Under the pieces are notes generated by a model. It made no database searches. It saw only the letters and a program-made list of their open reading frames with translations, and was not told the origin of the DNA. A stretch of 16,455 nucleotides of DNA, taken from positions 2,664 to 19,118 of the forward strand of contig JALTMC010000330.1 of assembly GCA_027005175.1 (NCBI GenBank), given 5' to 3'. This DNA is from Myxococcales bacterium (GTDB lineage: Bacteria; Myxococcota_C; UBA6777). Positions 7,416 to 15,748 of this stretch are shown one piece after another (the stretch's first letter is position 1; every line of letters starts with the position of its first letter). The position numbers and the translations under genes were made by a program.

Positions 7416-8330
7416 TTAATATTTTCCTTTTGCGGCTTTTTTTCCAGTGACAATGGCGATACTCGCTGAAGCACCGATTCGATTGGCTCCAGCCTTTATC
7501 ATCTTTTCCGCGTCTTCTCGTGAACGAACACCGCCAGAAGCTTTGACTTCCATGTCACAACCTACCACTCTTCGCATCAGCTCGACATCTTCTACAGTGG
7601 CTCCACCTGAACCAAAACCGGTGGAGGTCTTTACAAAGGCTGCACCGGCTGTTTTGCTAAGTGTACAGGCAATGACTTTTTCTTCGTCTGTGAGACTTGA
7701 GTTTTCAAGGATGACCTTGACTTTGTAGGGTGCTGAAGCTTTGACAACTTCGCGAATGTCTTCATACACCAGTTGGTACTCTCTGGACTTGAGTGCACCG
7801 ATGTTGATAACCATGTCTATCTCTTGGGCACCGTTTCGGATCGCCTCTTTGGCCTCAAAAGCTTTGGCATGACTCGTTGATGCGCCCAATGGAAAGCCAA
7901 CCACCGCGATGGGTTTGACGCCAGAGCCTCGCAATTGTCGTGCGACCAGCGGGATATTGCTCGCGTTGACGCAAACGGTAGCAAACTGATAACGCTTGGC
8001 TTCGTCGCAGATATTTAACAACTCTTCTCGGGTAGCATCCGCCTTTAATAAGGTGTGGTCGATGTATTTGGCGAGAGTATGGTCGATCTTCTCTCCAAAT
8101 CCAGGCTTTGCGCCAATTCGTACAGCGCCGGAGTTGATAATATTGCCACAGGCATCTTTTTTGATTGTGGCACAATGACCACATCCATCGCAGTTATCCA
8201 TGGAGAGCAGACAGGGGGCATCTCCACAAGACCCACCAGCTTGCATGCCGGCTCCACCGGATTGCAAGCGCTCCACCACTTGCTGGGTGATCTTGCGGAC
8301 AATCTCATCAAGGTTGTTATTTTGACTCAT
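7416..8330 (-). CDS. deoC: Deoxyribose-phosphate aldolase with an N-terminal extension of roughly 75 aa. The extension is an EP-like amphipathic helix followed by a Gly-rich linker and a six-Cys cluster.
   Basis: DeoC core motifs: [42 protein letters not shown], and VKASGGVRS (Schiff-base Lys region). N-terminus: [16 protein letters not shown], then GGAGMQAGG, then C-x4-C-x6-C-x2-C-x2-C-x7-C. Confidence 0.85.
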   Translation of the reverse strand: MSQNNNLDEIVRKITQQVVERLQSGGAGMQAGGSCGDAPCLLSMDNCDGCGHCATIKKDACGNIINSGAVRIGAKPGFGEKIDHTLAKYIDHTLLKADATREELLNICDEAKRYQFATVCVNASNIPLVARQLRGSGVKPIAVVGFPLGASTSHAKAFEAKEAIRNGAQEIDMVINIGALKSREYQLVYEDIREVVKASAPYKVKVILENSSLTDEEKVIACTLSKTAGAAFVKTSTGFGSGGATVEDVELMRRVVGCDMEVKASGGVRSREDAEKMIKAGANRIGASASIAIVTGKKAAKGKY

Positions 8331-8349
8331 GGCGAACCCTTATCTTTTG

Positions 8350-8622
8350 TTATTCTGCACAGAATACCTTGTCTACAATACCAACAATTACCGAGTGAAA
8401 TGGATCGTCTTGTGTGCCCAGGAGTTGACGGGCTGAGTTCCCTTCTCGTTGGACAAGGACAACATCACCTTCTCCTGCCTGAACAGAGTCACAGGCAAGA
8501 AATGATTGTCCACAATCGTTGCCTTTTTCGTCGATGGGGTGAACGATAAGAACCGTATGTCCCTCAAAGCAGGGATGCTTTTCTGAGGCAACCACATTTC
8601 CTTTAACTCTTCCCAAGATCAT
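8350..8622 (-). CDS. BMC-P vertex (pentamer) shell protein, EutN/PduN/CcmL family.
   Basis: 90 aa. MILGRVKGNVVAS N-terminus and overall pattern typical of Pfam EutN_CcmL. Its start overlaps the stop of the upstream BMC-P by 4 nt (ATGA). Confidence 0.8.
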   Translation of the reverse strand: MILGRVKGNVVASEKHPCFEGHTVLIVHPIDEKGNDCGQSFLACDSVQAGEGDVVLVQREGNSARQLLGTQDDPFHSVIVGIVDKVFCAE

Positions 8623-8927
8623 GTCCCAAAGATCTCCTTTTTCCCGACGATCCCACTATCTTCGTTACTATAGACTTGGTCCACAATTCCGGTAATGGCA
8701 GCATCTACCGGGCTGAAGGGGTTGGGAAGTGCTAAGCTGGCTTCGCGAGACATGGTGAGATAGACCAAGTCATCAGGGCCAGCCTGAACAGAGTCGATGG
8801 CCACAAAGGGCTCTCCAGAGGGTTCCAGTCGGTCGTTGAGAGGCTCCACCATCAGGAGCTTAATCCCCTTCAAGGATGGGTCTTTGACTGTGGCTACCAC
8901 TGTGCCAATTACTTTTGCCAGTTGCAA
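8619..8927 (-). CDS. BMC-P vertex shell protein (second paralog).
   Basis: 102 aa. MQLAKVIGTVVATVKD N-terminus and FVAIDSVQAG motif, EutN/CcmL-like. Confidence 0.8.
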   Translation of the reverse strand: MQLAKVIGTVVATVKDPSLKGIKLLMVEPLNDRLEPSGEPFVAIDSVQAGPDDLVYLTMSREASLALPNPFSPVDAAITGIVDQVYSNEDSGIVGKKEIFGT

Positions 8928-8938
8928 TGTCTTATCTC

Positions 8939-9496
8939 CTACCTCTGGAATACTTTTTCAAGAAATTCAGGATGGGGGGAAGGGATGATCTCATAATTGG
9001 CTAACATACCTTCTTTTTGTGCATAACGCCATGCTGCTTCCATCGATGCTTCAAGTTGGTGGAGTTCTCCGGTGATCACAAAGTAGCCTTTTCCTCCGAG
9101 TCCACTACCCAATTTGAGTTCTACGAGTTGAACAGGTGTTGTCTTGGCTGCTCGGTCAGCGGCAAAAACGCAAGAGCATACGGAGAAGGTTTCGACGATA
9201 CCGATAGCACCGAAGGTCTCAATCGCGGTGCTTCCTGCGATCGCCGATAGCACGCTGTGATGGAGTTGAGGGATGATAATGTCATGGACGAGCCCGTCTC
9301 CGGCTGCCACAACACCAGCCTTGTGAGATTCTTCCACATCCCCCACTTCACCACCAAAAAGAGTGATGTACTTTCCGGGAGAGATCGGGTGGGATTGGAG
9401 AATCCGTACGGGCGCCTTTTTGGCAATGGCATCGGTGGAAAAGATACCTTTTGCCACAGACTTGTATTCGATCATCCCGAGAGCGGGCTCCTGCAT
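8939..9496 (-). CDS. BMC-T shell protein, PduT-like (tandem canonical BMC domains). The Fe-S ligand Cys of PduT is replaced by Ser.
   Basis: ALGMIEYKSVAKG...SHPISPGKY aligns to PduT AIGILELTSIAKG...SKTICPGKF (C to S). The second domain is AIGIVETFSVCSCVFAADRA. I chose the start at the internal ATG (MQEPALGM), preceded by aggaaaagagga. The ORF-track start at 9535 adds 13 aa. Confidence 0.75.
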   Translation of the reverse strand: MQEPALGMIEYKSVAKGIFSTDAIAKKAPVRILQSHPISPGKYITLFGGEVGDVEESHKAGVVAAGDGLVHDIIIPQLHHSVLSAIAGSTAIETFGAIGIVETFSVCSCVFAADRAAKTTPVQLVELKLGSGLGGKGYFVITGELHQLEASMEAAWRYAQKEGMLANYEIIPSPHPEFLEKVFQR

Positions 9497-9507
9497 TCCT
9501 CTTTTCC

Positions 9508-10839
9508 TTATCGTCTGGTGCGAATCTCGATCCATGCGTCACAAATATCGCTAACATGACCTGCAATGGATGCATGAAAACACAACCCAAGTTGATCCAG
9601 TGGACTCTCTGCTATCCTATCACCCATTCGTACCCTTTCTCCCACTCGTACCTGGGGGATCACAGGTACACCAAAGCGTTTCTCAAGCGGTACTCGAACC
9701 AAGCCAACGTGTTTTGTCCCCTCGTAAGGGAGCTTTTGAAGATAGCGCTGAATATCCATCTTTTTGAGCAGCATGGGAAGGGATACCCTGGCATTTTCGT
9801 AACCGGAACGTACCTTTGGCTCTTCTTGTGTTTTGGGATAGTGAAGTCCTCTTTGCTCTAACTCATTCCGGGTCTCTGCAAAAAGCTGTCGGGGAGAGAG
9901 TTGCATCACATCACAGGCTATCAAGTCGCAGACACCGCACTGGCTGCACAAAAAGGAAGACATCAAGTGCTCTGTGTCTACCTTGTTGTAGTTGATGGCC
10001 CGCATCATTTGATGGGGAAAGATGTCGTGCCCTGCGAGGTAGCGTGGACACATGTCTGTGCATCGCATACACTGACTGCAAGCCGCCTTGGATTGTTTTA
10101 GCATCTGTGTGGTGCTTTTGCTTTTTATGCGAATGATACAGTGGTCTTGTGCCAAGACCGTGATCCCATTTGTTGTTTTGGTGATCCCAAGACTGTGGTT
10201 CTGAACCAACCCTCCTCGCAGTGGACCCCCATCCAAAATGGCTACAGGATGTTGTGTGGTGCCGCCTGCCATATCCAATAGATCACTGTAGGTTGTTCCT
10301 ATCGGTACTCTTACGATTTTGGGTTCCGCGACCTCTCCCACGATACTGACGAGCTTTTCTGTGACAGCCTTCCCTCCCATTGCCCGAGCCATCTGAGCCA
10401 ACGATACAACATCATTCACGACAATACCGATGTCTCTGGGGCTTCCTCCTTCAGGAACAACACGCTTTTTGATGTCGTAGGTGAGGTGGACTTCATCTCC
10501 GGTCGGATGGTGGTCTCTCAGCGGAAAGAGTGAAATGGAGCCATCAGAGGGGAGAGCCTGGTTCAGAGACTCGAGCAACTTCGGTTGTGCTCCTCGGGTT
10601 GCGATAATTCCTTCCCGGGCTCCTGTCGCCGTCATCGCGAGCTTCAAACCGTCCATGACGAGATCGGGTCTTTCTTCCATTAATACCGTGTCGGTGGCGA
10701 GGAGAGGTTCGGATTCACTGCCATTGGCAATGACTGTATCCGCTTTCGCCAAGAGCTTGCGATACGTTGGTTCTCCCCCATCTCCGGAATCCATAATCCC
10801 AGCCAGTCGAACAGCATTGATGATCGCATTTCGCTTCAT
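9508..10839 (-). CDS. PduS-like (RnfC/Nqo1-like) Fe-S flavoprotein. It has a divergent N-terminal nucleotide/flavin-binding motif.
   Basis: Two 4Fe-4S motifs: CSQCMRCTDMCP and CSQCGVCDLIAC. The N-terminal SGDGGEPTYRKL sits where the plus-strand paralog has GAGGGGFPAHVKL. SESEPLL sits where the paralog has AECEPLL. Confidence 0.8.
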   Translation of the reverse strand: MKRNAIINAVRLAGIMDSGDGGEPTYRKLLAKADTVIANGSESEPLLATDTVLMEERPDLVMDGLKLAMTATGAREGIIATRGAQPKLLESLNQALPSDGSISLFPLRDHHPTGDEVHLTYDIKKRVVPEGGSPRDIGIVVNDVVSLAQMARAMGGKAVTEKLVSIVGEVAEPKIVRVPIGTTYSDLLDMAGGTTQHPVAILDGGPLRGGLVQNHSLGITKTTNGITVLAQDHCIIRIKSKSTTQMLKQSKAACSQCMRCTDMCPRYLAGHDIFPHQMMRAINYNKVDTEHLMSSFLCSQCGVCDLIACDVMQLSPRQLFAETRNELEQRGLHYPKTQEEPKVRSGYENARVSLPMLLKKMDIQRYLQKLPYEGTKHVGLVRVPLEKRFGVPVIPQVRVGERVRMGDRIAESPLDQLGLCFHASIAGHVSDICDAWIEIRTRR

Positions 10840-10851
10840 AAGACCGATACT

Positions 10852-12348
10852 TTAGAGGACACCAAAGTATCCCTTGAGGGTACATCTTCGGATACGAGTA
10901 AATGTGCGGGCTGTGGTCATGCCTTCTCCTGTGGGAGAGGCGATGGTGAAGGATGTTGGCCCTTCACCTCCCAGACCCAAACCCGCCAGAGAGCCGCCGT
11001 TTTTGACAAACAAACTTGTGTTCATCTTGATGGCCATCTTGTGCATATTGTCGATATTTTTGGAGTGAATGCAGGCGGTGTGAAAGCAGCCTTGTTCCAG
11101 TGTGTATGCGATATCGATCGCCTCATCGATATCTCTGGCTTGTATCAGTGGAACAACGGGCAACATCAACTCTTGCACAGCAAAGGGGTGATCTGCGTCG
11201 GTTTGAGTAATGGCCAGCCGCTTGGAGGCATCCACTTCCATCCCAATCTCTCGCAAGATGACCTGAACATCCTTACCCACAAACCTCTTTTCAACATGCC
11301 CATGATCGTCCAGGATAAGGTTCTTCAAGCGTCTGGTTTGGAAAGGGCTCAACTCCACGGCCCCGTGTTTGAGCATGTATTTCTTGAGCGGAGCAAGAGC
11401 TTTTCTTGTGGCGATGATCTCCTTTTCGACCACACAGATAATATTGTTGTCTGTGCTTGCACTGGTCACGATGTCACGTGCGGCTTGTTCCAAATCGGCA
11501 GTCTCATCAACAACCACCGGAGGGTTCCCCGGTCCGGCAGCGATCACTCGTTTCCCCGACTGCATCGCAGCTCGCACAACAACAGGGCCGCCGGTGACGA
11601 CCAACAGTCGGATACCTCGGTGCTTCATCAATCGCTGTGCGCTTTGGATGGTGGGAGAGCGCAAGGTGGTGAAGAGGTTGGGGGGACCCCCCTCTGAGAT
11701 GACCGCTTTGTTCATGATGTTGATCGTAAAGAGGGATACTTTTCGGGACGAAGGGTGAGGGTGAAAGACCACACTGTTTCCACCTGCCAACATCCCAATA
11801 CCGTTGTTGATAATGGTCTCTGAGGGATTGGTGGTGGGGGTGATGCTGCCGAGAACACCGAAGGGACATCTCTCTTCGAGAGTGAGCCCGTCGTCTCCCA
11901 CAAAACTGTTGGCTTCAATGTCTTCAACACCAGGGGTCTTGAGAATAGCAAGGCGGTTTTTTACCAGCTTGTCTTCATACCGGCCAAGCCCCGTTTCCTC
12001 CACGGCCATTCGGGCCAGATCTTCAAGGTGCTCCATGCAGATCTCACGAACCGCTGCAACGATCCTTTTGCGTTGCTCTATAGAGATGCTCCGAAATTCT
12101 TCGAATGCCTTCTGTGCCGCTTCTACAGCAGTGTCAAGGTCGGGAAAACAGCCCAACTCTCCCACACCCGAGCCCCAGGCTCGTGGACCCGGTACAAATG
12201 TAGGGCGGGCAGGAGGCGAAGGGGCCAGTACGGGAACAGAAGTTCGAGGGAGTGCTTGGGTAGGGTTGGAAGGCTCGTGGGAATCGACTGCCAACTGCTC
12301 GACGACGCGGTCGACAATGGAGCGAATTTGATCGTCCGTCACTTTCAT
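10852..12348 (-). CDS. CoA-acylating aldehyde dehydrogenase (PduP/EutE family) with an N-terminal encapsulation peptide and Pro-rich linker.
   Basis: Aldehyde dehydrogenase superfamily core, about 450 aa. N-terminus MKVTDDQIRSIVDRVVEQLA (amphipathic EP), then the linker PSNPTQALPRTSVPVLAPSPPARPTFVPGP. I chose the ATG at 12348 (ggaaaggtgg RBS). The ORF track starts 4 codons earlier at GTG. Confidence 0.85.
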   Translation of the reverse strand: MKVTDDQIRSIVDRVVEQLAVDSHEPSNPTQALPRTSVPVLAPSPPARPTFVPGPRAWGSGVGELGCFPDLDTAVEAAQKAFEEFRSISIEQRKRIVAAVREICMEHLEDLARMAVEETGLGRYEDKLVKNRLAILKTPGVEDIEANSFVGDDGLTLEERCPFGVLGSITPTTNPSETIINNGIGMLAGGNSVVFHPHPSSRKVSLFTINIMNKAVISEGGPPNLFTTLRSPTIQSAQRLMKHRGIRLLVVTGGPVVVRAAMQSGKRVIAAGPGNPPVVVDETADLEQAARDIVTSASTDNNIICVVEKEIIATRKALAPLKKYMLKHGAVELSPFQTRRLKNLILDDHGHVEKRFVGKDVQVILREIGMEVDASKRLAITQTDADHPFAVQELMLPVVPLIQARDIDEAIDIAYTLEQGCFHTACIHSKNIDNMHKMAIKMNTSLFVKNGGSLAGLGLGGEGPTSFTIASPTGEGMTTARTFTRIRRCTLKGYFGVL

Positions 12349-12450
12349 CAGAAAAACCACCTTTCCCTTTGGGAAGTACTGGTTTTGCTGGCGACAAAAC
12401 CAGGAGAGGGGGTGCCATAGGCATACAGGAGAAGAGAATCTTCTTCCGAA

Positions 12451-12738
12451 TTATTTGCTGTAACGCGTTTCCCCGTGAACCTCTACGAGGTCAACAATCG
12501 CCATAATGACGGTGTCTACTGGTTTTCCCTGGGTTATTGTTGTCTGGCGAGCCGCACTGCCCGCAGCAACAAGAACAACCTCTCCAATGCCGGCACCGAC
12601 AGAGTCGACGGCAACAACCATCCCTCCTGTCTCCTGGCATTGGACGTCAAGGTACTTGACGACATGCAGTCTTATTCCTTCGAGCTTCTCGTCTTTCTGT
12701 GTTGAAACGATCGTTCCAACAATTTTCCCGAGTTGCAT
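12451..12738 (-). CDS. BMC-P vertex shell protein (third paralog).
   Basis: MQLGKIVGTIVSTQKD...VVAVDSVGAG, EutN/CcmL-like. I chose the internal ATG at 12738 with an aaggag RBS 6 nt upstream. The 43-aa ORF-track extension is not conserved-looking. Confidence 0.8.
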   Translation of the reverse strand: MQLGKIVGTIVSTQKDEKLEGIRLHVVKYLDVQCQETGGMVVAVDSVGAGIGEVVLVAAGSAARQTTITQGKPVDTVIMAIVDLVEVHGETRYSK

Positions 12739-12971
12739 CAATGCTCCTTCAACGAGAAGAGAACGAAGCCCAAGTACCCCTTTCTTTCGAGCACCAACCC
12801 CTTGGTTTGTGGCTGCTGAAACCAACATGACACAATGGGTTTGTCCCGTAAGGGGGGACGGGAGCACTCAGGTACAATCACAGCAATGCAGAGTGTCTGA
12901 ATCTTGCGATCATCTCTGTGATGACTCCCGTGTCGGGATCACGTTCTCTGGTCGGATTGTCCAAGGTTTGA

Positions 12972-12991
12972 GTTGCTGTTGAACGCTCAAC
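12972..12991 (-). other. 7-bp-stem hairpin (ctgttga-acgc-tcaacag) just downstream of the BMC-H stop. It has no U-tract and is a possible intra-operon RNA structure.
   Basis: Inverted repeat read directly. Its position between the BMC-H and BMC-P genes is analogous to attenuating hairpins after shell genes in other BMC operons (inference). Confidence 0.3.
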
Positions 12992-12999
12992 AGTCCGTC

Positions 13000-13296
13000 T
13001 CAATCCCCAGACTTCTCACCATTGCGACCAAGGGGGAGTGTGCTATCTACGTTGGAGTGAGGTCTGGGAATCACATGAACGGAGACAAGCTCACCCACTT
13101 TTTCAGCCGCTCTAGACCCTGCTTCTGTCGCCGCTTTGACAGCCGCCACATCTCCACGAACAATGACCGTGACAAAACCACCACCGATCTTTTCGTAGCC
13201 AACAAGCTCTACTTTCGCTGCTTTGACCATCGCGTCAGAGGCTTCTACGACTCCAACAAAGCCTCTTGTCTCAATCATCCCTAATGCATCAGCCAT
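13000..13296 (-). CDS. BMC-H hexameric shell protein (PduA/PduJ/CcmK type, Pfam BMC).
   Basis: [57 protein letters not shown] is near-canonical for BMC-H. 98 aa. Confidence 0.9.
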   Translation of the reverse strand: MADALGMIETRGFVGVVEASDAMVKAAKVELVGYEKIGGGFVTVIVRGDVAAVKAATEAGSRAAEKVGELVSVHVIPRPHSNVDSTLPLGRNGEKSGD

Positions 13297-13539
13297 ATAT
13301 ACGTGTCCTCTTTCTTGAATTGTGGGACGACCGTTTGGGTAATCGGCCGGAACTACTGTTCCGAATCATCGGTGGTATTCTCAGGTGAGCCGCTAACAAA
13401 GAAGGGCAAACCCTAGCACAGCAAATCAGGAGTGTCAAGAACTACAGACGATTCTTTTTTTCTCTTTTTCTCCTGTCAATACCGGTGCTTTTGGCCTTCT
13501 CTCAAAGCTCACTTCACATCTCGTGAACAGAGCAAAGAT

Positions 13540-13553
13540 AGAGTCTTGACTCT
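13540..13553. promoter_or_regulatory. Perfect dyad AGAGTC-tt-GACTCT in the roughly 500-bp divergent intergenic region between the two BMC operons. It overlaps a TTGACT -35-like hexamer with a weak TAGTTT 17 nt downstream.
   Basis: Symmetry read directly. The operator and promoter interpretation is inference. Confidence 0.3.
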
Positions 13554-13803
13554 CCTTGCCCCCTTTGCTAGTTTGGCCCCTTCACACCATTCGGACGTAG
13601 ACGTCGGCCGCTTGAACCGAGTCGTTGGCCGCTTGAACATAGGAACAGCGAGAAAACAACTTGAACATTTCGAACGGCAATCGCCGGAACCTTCGGGATT
13701 TACAATTCCCACATATGTTCAACTTCTTTGGTCGCCATTCCTAGAATGCAGAACCAGGTATTTGTTTCTCATTGAATTGAAAATGAGGTTGGAGTAGGTT
13801 TAT

Positions 13804-15147
13804 ATGCCGCATTTCTCATCGTCTTTTTCGGCAAAAGATATCGTGGAGAAGGTCCGACAGGCAGGCATTGTCGGTGCGGGAGGTGGAGGCTTTCCTGCGC
13901 ATGTCAAGCTCGATGCAAGTGTAGACTTTTTTATTGCCAACGCTGCGGAGTGTGAGCCTTTGCTGTGCAAGGATCAGCAGCTTATGGAGCTGCATGCACA
14001 ACGCATGGTGCATGGACTTCGTCTTGGGATGAAAGCCACTGGGGCGTCTCGTGGCATCGTCGCGATCAAGAAGAAGTACAAAAGAGCGATAGCCCAACTC
14101 GAAAAGTACGTGAGTGGGAACATCGACTTCTACCTCTACGACAACTTCTACCCTGCTGGAGATGAGTTTATCATCGTATATGATGTGTTGGGACGCTTGA
14201 TTCCACCAGGAGGGATACCTCTTGATGTGGGTTGTGTTGTCAACAATGTCGAAACACTGATCAATATCTCTTGTGCCATGGAGGATGTTCCTGTGACACA
14301 TTCCGCGCTGACGATCGCGGGTGCTGTTCATGAGCCTCTCTCTGTTGTGGCACCTCTTGGAACTTCTCTGCGAGAGCTTCTCGCTTTGGCGGGAGGGGCG
14401 ACTGTGGAGGACCCGGTTTTTCTCGATGGTGGTGCGATGATGGGGAAAGCTCTGGATGATCTGGATGCTCCTGTGACCAAGACATCAGCAGGTTATATCG
14501 TGATCCCCAGAGAACACCATCTCTATCGTCGCAAAACACGAAGCGATGAGGCCAATGTTCACATCTCTCGCTCTGCTTGTGACCAGTGTAGCTATTGTAC
14601 GGAACTGTGTCCTCGTTATCTTCTTGGTTATGCTATCGAACCACATGCGGTGATGCGTTCGGTTGGTTTTGAGGGGGACAAAGAAGCTCATTGGGCAAGA
14701 CTTGGCCTGTTGTGTTGTGAGTGCGGTATCTGCGACTTGTATGCCTGCCCTGAAGACCTGCCTGTGAAAGACATGCAGATCCGTTCCAAAGCCATCTGGA
14801 ATGCACGTGGATGGCCCAAAGAGCACCTCATTGGCTTGGACAGAGTTCATCCCATGCGAGACAGTCGTCGTGTGCCTATCCCACGATTGATTCAACGCTT
14901 AGGACTGACAGACTGGGATGTTACCGCTCCAATGACAACCAAGGTTCTGGAGCCGATGAATGTACAGTTGATGCTGAAACAACACGCTGGTGCTCCTGCG
15001 GTACCGATTGTTGGGGAGGGGGAGGTTGTGAAAGTCGGCCAACTTGTCGCGGCGATTCCCGATGGACAACTCGGTGCCAACATTCATGCAAGTATCGATG
15101 GATATGTAGCCCGTATCGATGACAACAGTATCTGGTTGACGAGGTAA
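13804..15147 (+). CDS. PduS-like (RnfC/Nqo1-like) Fe-S flavoprotein with canonical motifs.
   Basis: GIVGAGGGGFPAHVKL glycine-rich FMN/NADH motif. AAECEPLL. Two Fe-S motifs: CDQCSYCTELCP and CCECGICDLYACP. 447 aa. Confidence 0.85.
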   Translation: MPHFSSSFSAKDIVEKVRQAGIVGAGGGGFPAHVKLDASVDFFIANAAECEPLLCKDQQLMELHAQRMVHGLRLGMKATGASRGIVAIKKKYKRAIAQLEKYVSGNIDFYLYDNFYPAGDEFIIVYDVLGRLIPPGGIPLDVGCVVNNVETLINISCAMEDVPVTHSALTIAGAVHEPLSVVAPLGTSLRELLALAGGATVEDPVFLDGGAMMGKALDDLDAPVTKTSAGYIVIPREHHLYRRKTRSDEANVHISRSACDQCSYCTELCPRYLLGYAIEPHAVMRSVGFEGDKEAHWARLGLLCCECGICDLYACPEDLPVKDMQIRSKAIWNARGWPKEHLIGLDRVHPMRDSRRVPIPRLIQRLGLTDWDVTAPMTTKVLEPMNVQLMLKQHAGAPAVPIVGEGEVVKVGQLVAAIPDGQLGANIHASIDGYVARIDDNSIWLTR

Positions 15148-15150
15148 TTT

Positions 15151-15726
15151 ATGAGCTGGAGAAGTTTCGATAAACCCACTCCCCCTGCTATCGGTTTTCT
15201 GGAGCTTTCAAGTATTGCTCGTGGCATTGAAGCTACAGATGCGATGCTCAAAGCTGCCGATGTTCTCCTGGTGCTTGCCCGAACCATCTGCTCGGGAAAA
15301 TACATGGTTTTGGTCGCTGGTGAGGTTCAGGACATCGAAGCCAGCGTCGCCGCTGGCGTTGCAATCGGGAAGGAATGTACCATCGATCAATTTATCATTC
15401 CCAATGTTCATCCCGCTGTATTCCCTGCGGTGTCTTCCTCTGGTATGTTCCGCGGTAGCGGTGCTATCGGTATTATTGAGTCCTTCTCGGTAGCCTCTTT
15501 AATTGAAGCCATCGATCAGATCGCAAAAGCGGCACTGGTCGAGGTGGTGGAGTGTCGTCTTGCGATGGCTCTAGGTGGAAAAGCATATGTTGTCTTTACG
15601 GGCGATGTTGATGCCGTTCAATACTCCATTGATGCAGGCGCTGAGGTTGTTAAAAAGCGCGGTCTTTTGGTCAACCAGGTCGTCATTCCCAACCCTCGAA
15701 AAGAGTTGTTTGACACCCTGATCTAG
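15151..15726 (+). CDS. BMC-T shell protein, PduT-like, retaining the 4Fe-4S ligand Cys.
   Basis: AIGFLELSSIARGIEATDAMLKAADVLLVLARTICSGKY aligns to PduT ...KTICPGKF. The second BMC domain is AIGIIESFSVASLIEAIDQIAKAA. Its ATG is 3 nt after the PduS-like stop, with a gaggt RBS. Confidence 0.8.
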   Translation: MSWRSFDKPTPPAIGFLELSSIARGIEATDAMLKAADVLLVLARTICSGKYMVLVAGEVQDIEASVAAGVAIGKECTIDQFIIPNVHPAVFPAVSSSGMFRGSGAIGIIESFSVASLIEAIDQIAKAALVEVVECRLAMALGGKAYVVFTGDVDAVQYSIDAGAEVVKKRGLLVNQVVIPNPRKELFDTLI

Positions 15727-15748
15727 ACCGAGACAAAAGGAGCTACAG

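Noticed and set aside
10874-12331. Plus-strand ORFs 11041..11697, 11369..11758, 11804..12331 and 12028..12420 opposite the aldehyde dehydrogenase.
   Set aside because: They are antisense shadow ORFs within a well-supported 500-aa CDS.
12739-12867. N-terminal 43-aa extension of the third BMC-P ORF.
   Set aside because: BMC-P proteins start at the conserved M-x-L/I-G/A-K-V-I-G motif. An internal ATG with an aaggag RBS is present there, and the extension has no features.
13432-13797. 121-aa plus-strand ORF in the divergent intergenic region.
   Set aside because: It has no RBS and no domain. It spans DNA containing dyads and direct repeats, which is more consistent with a regulatory region.
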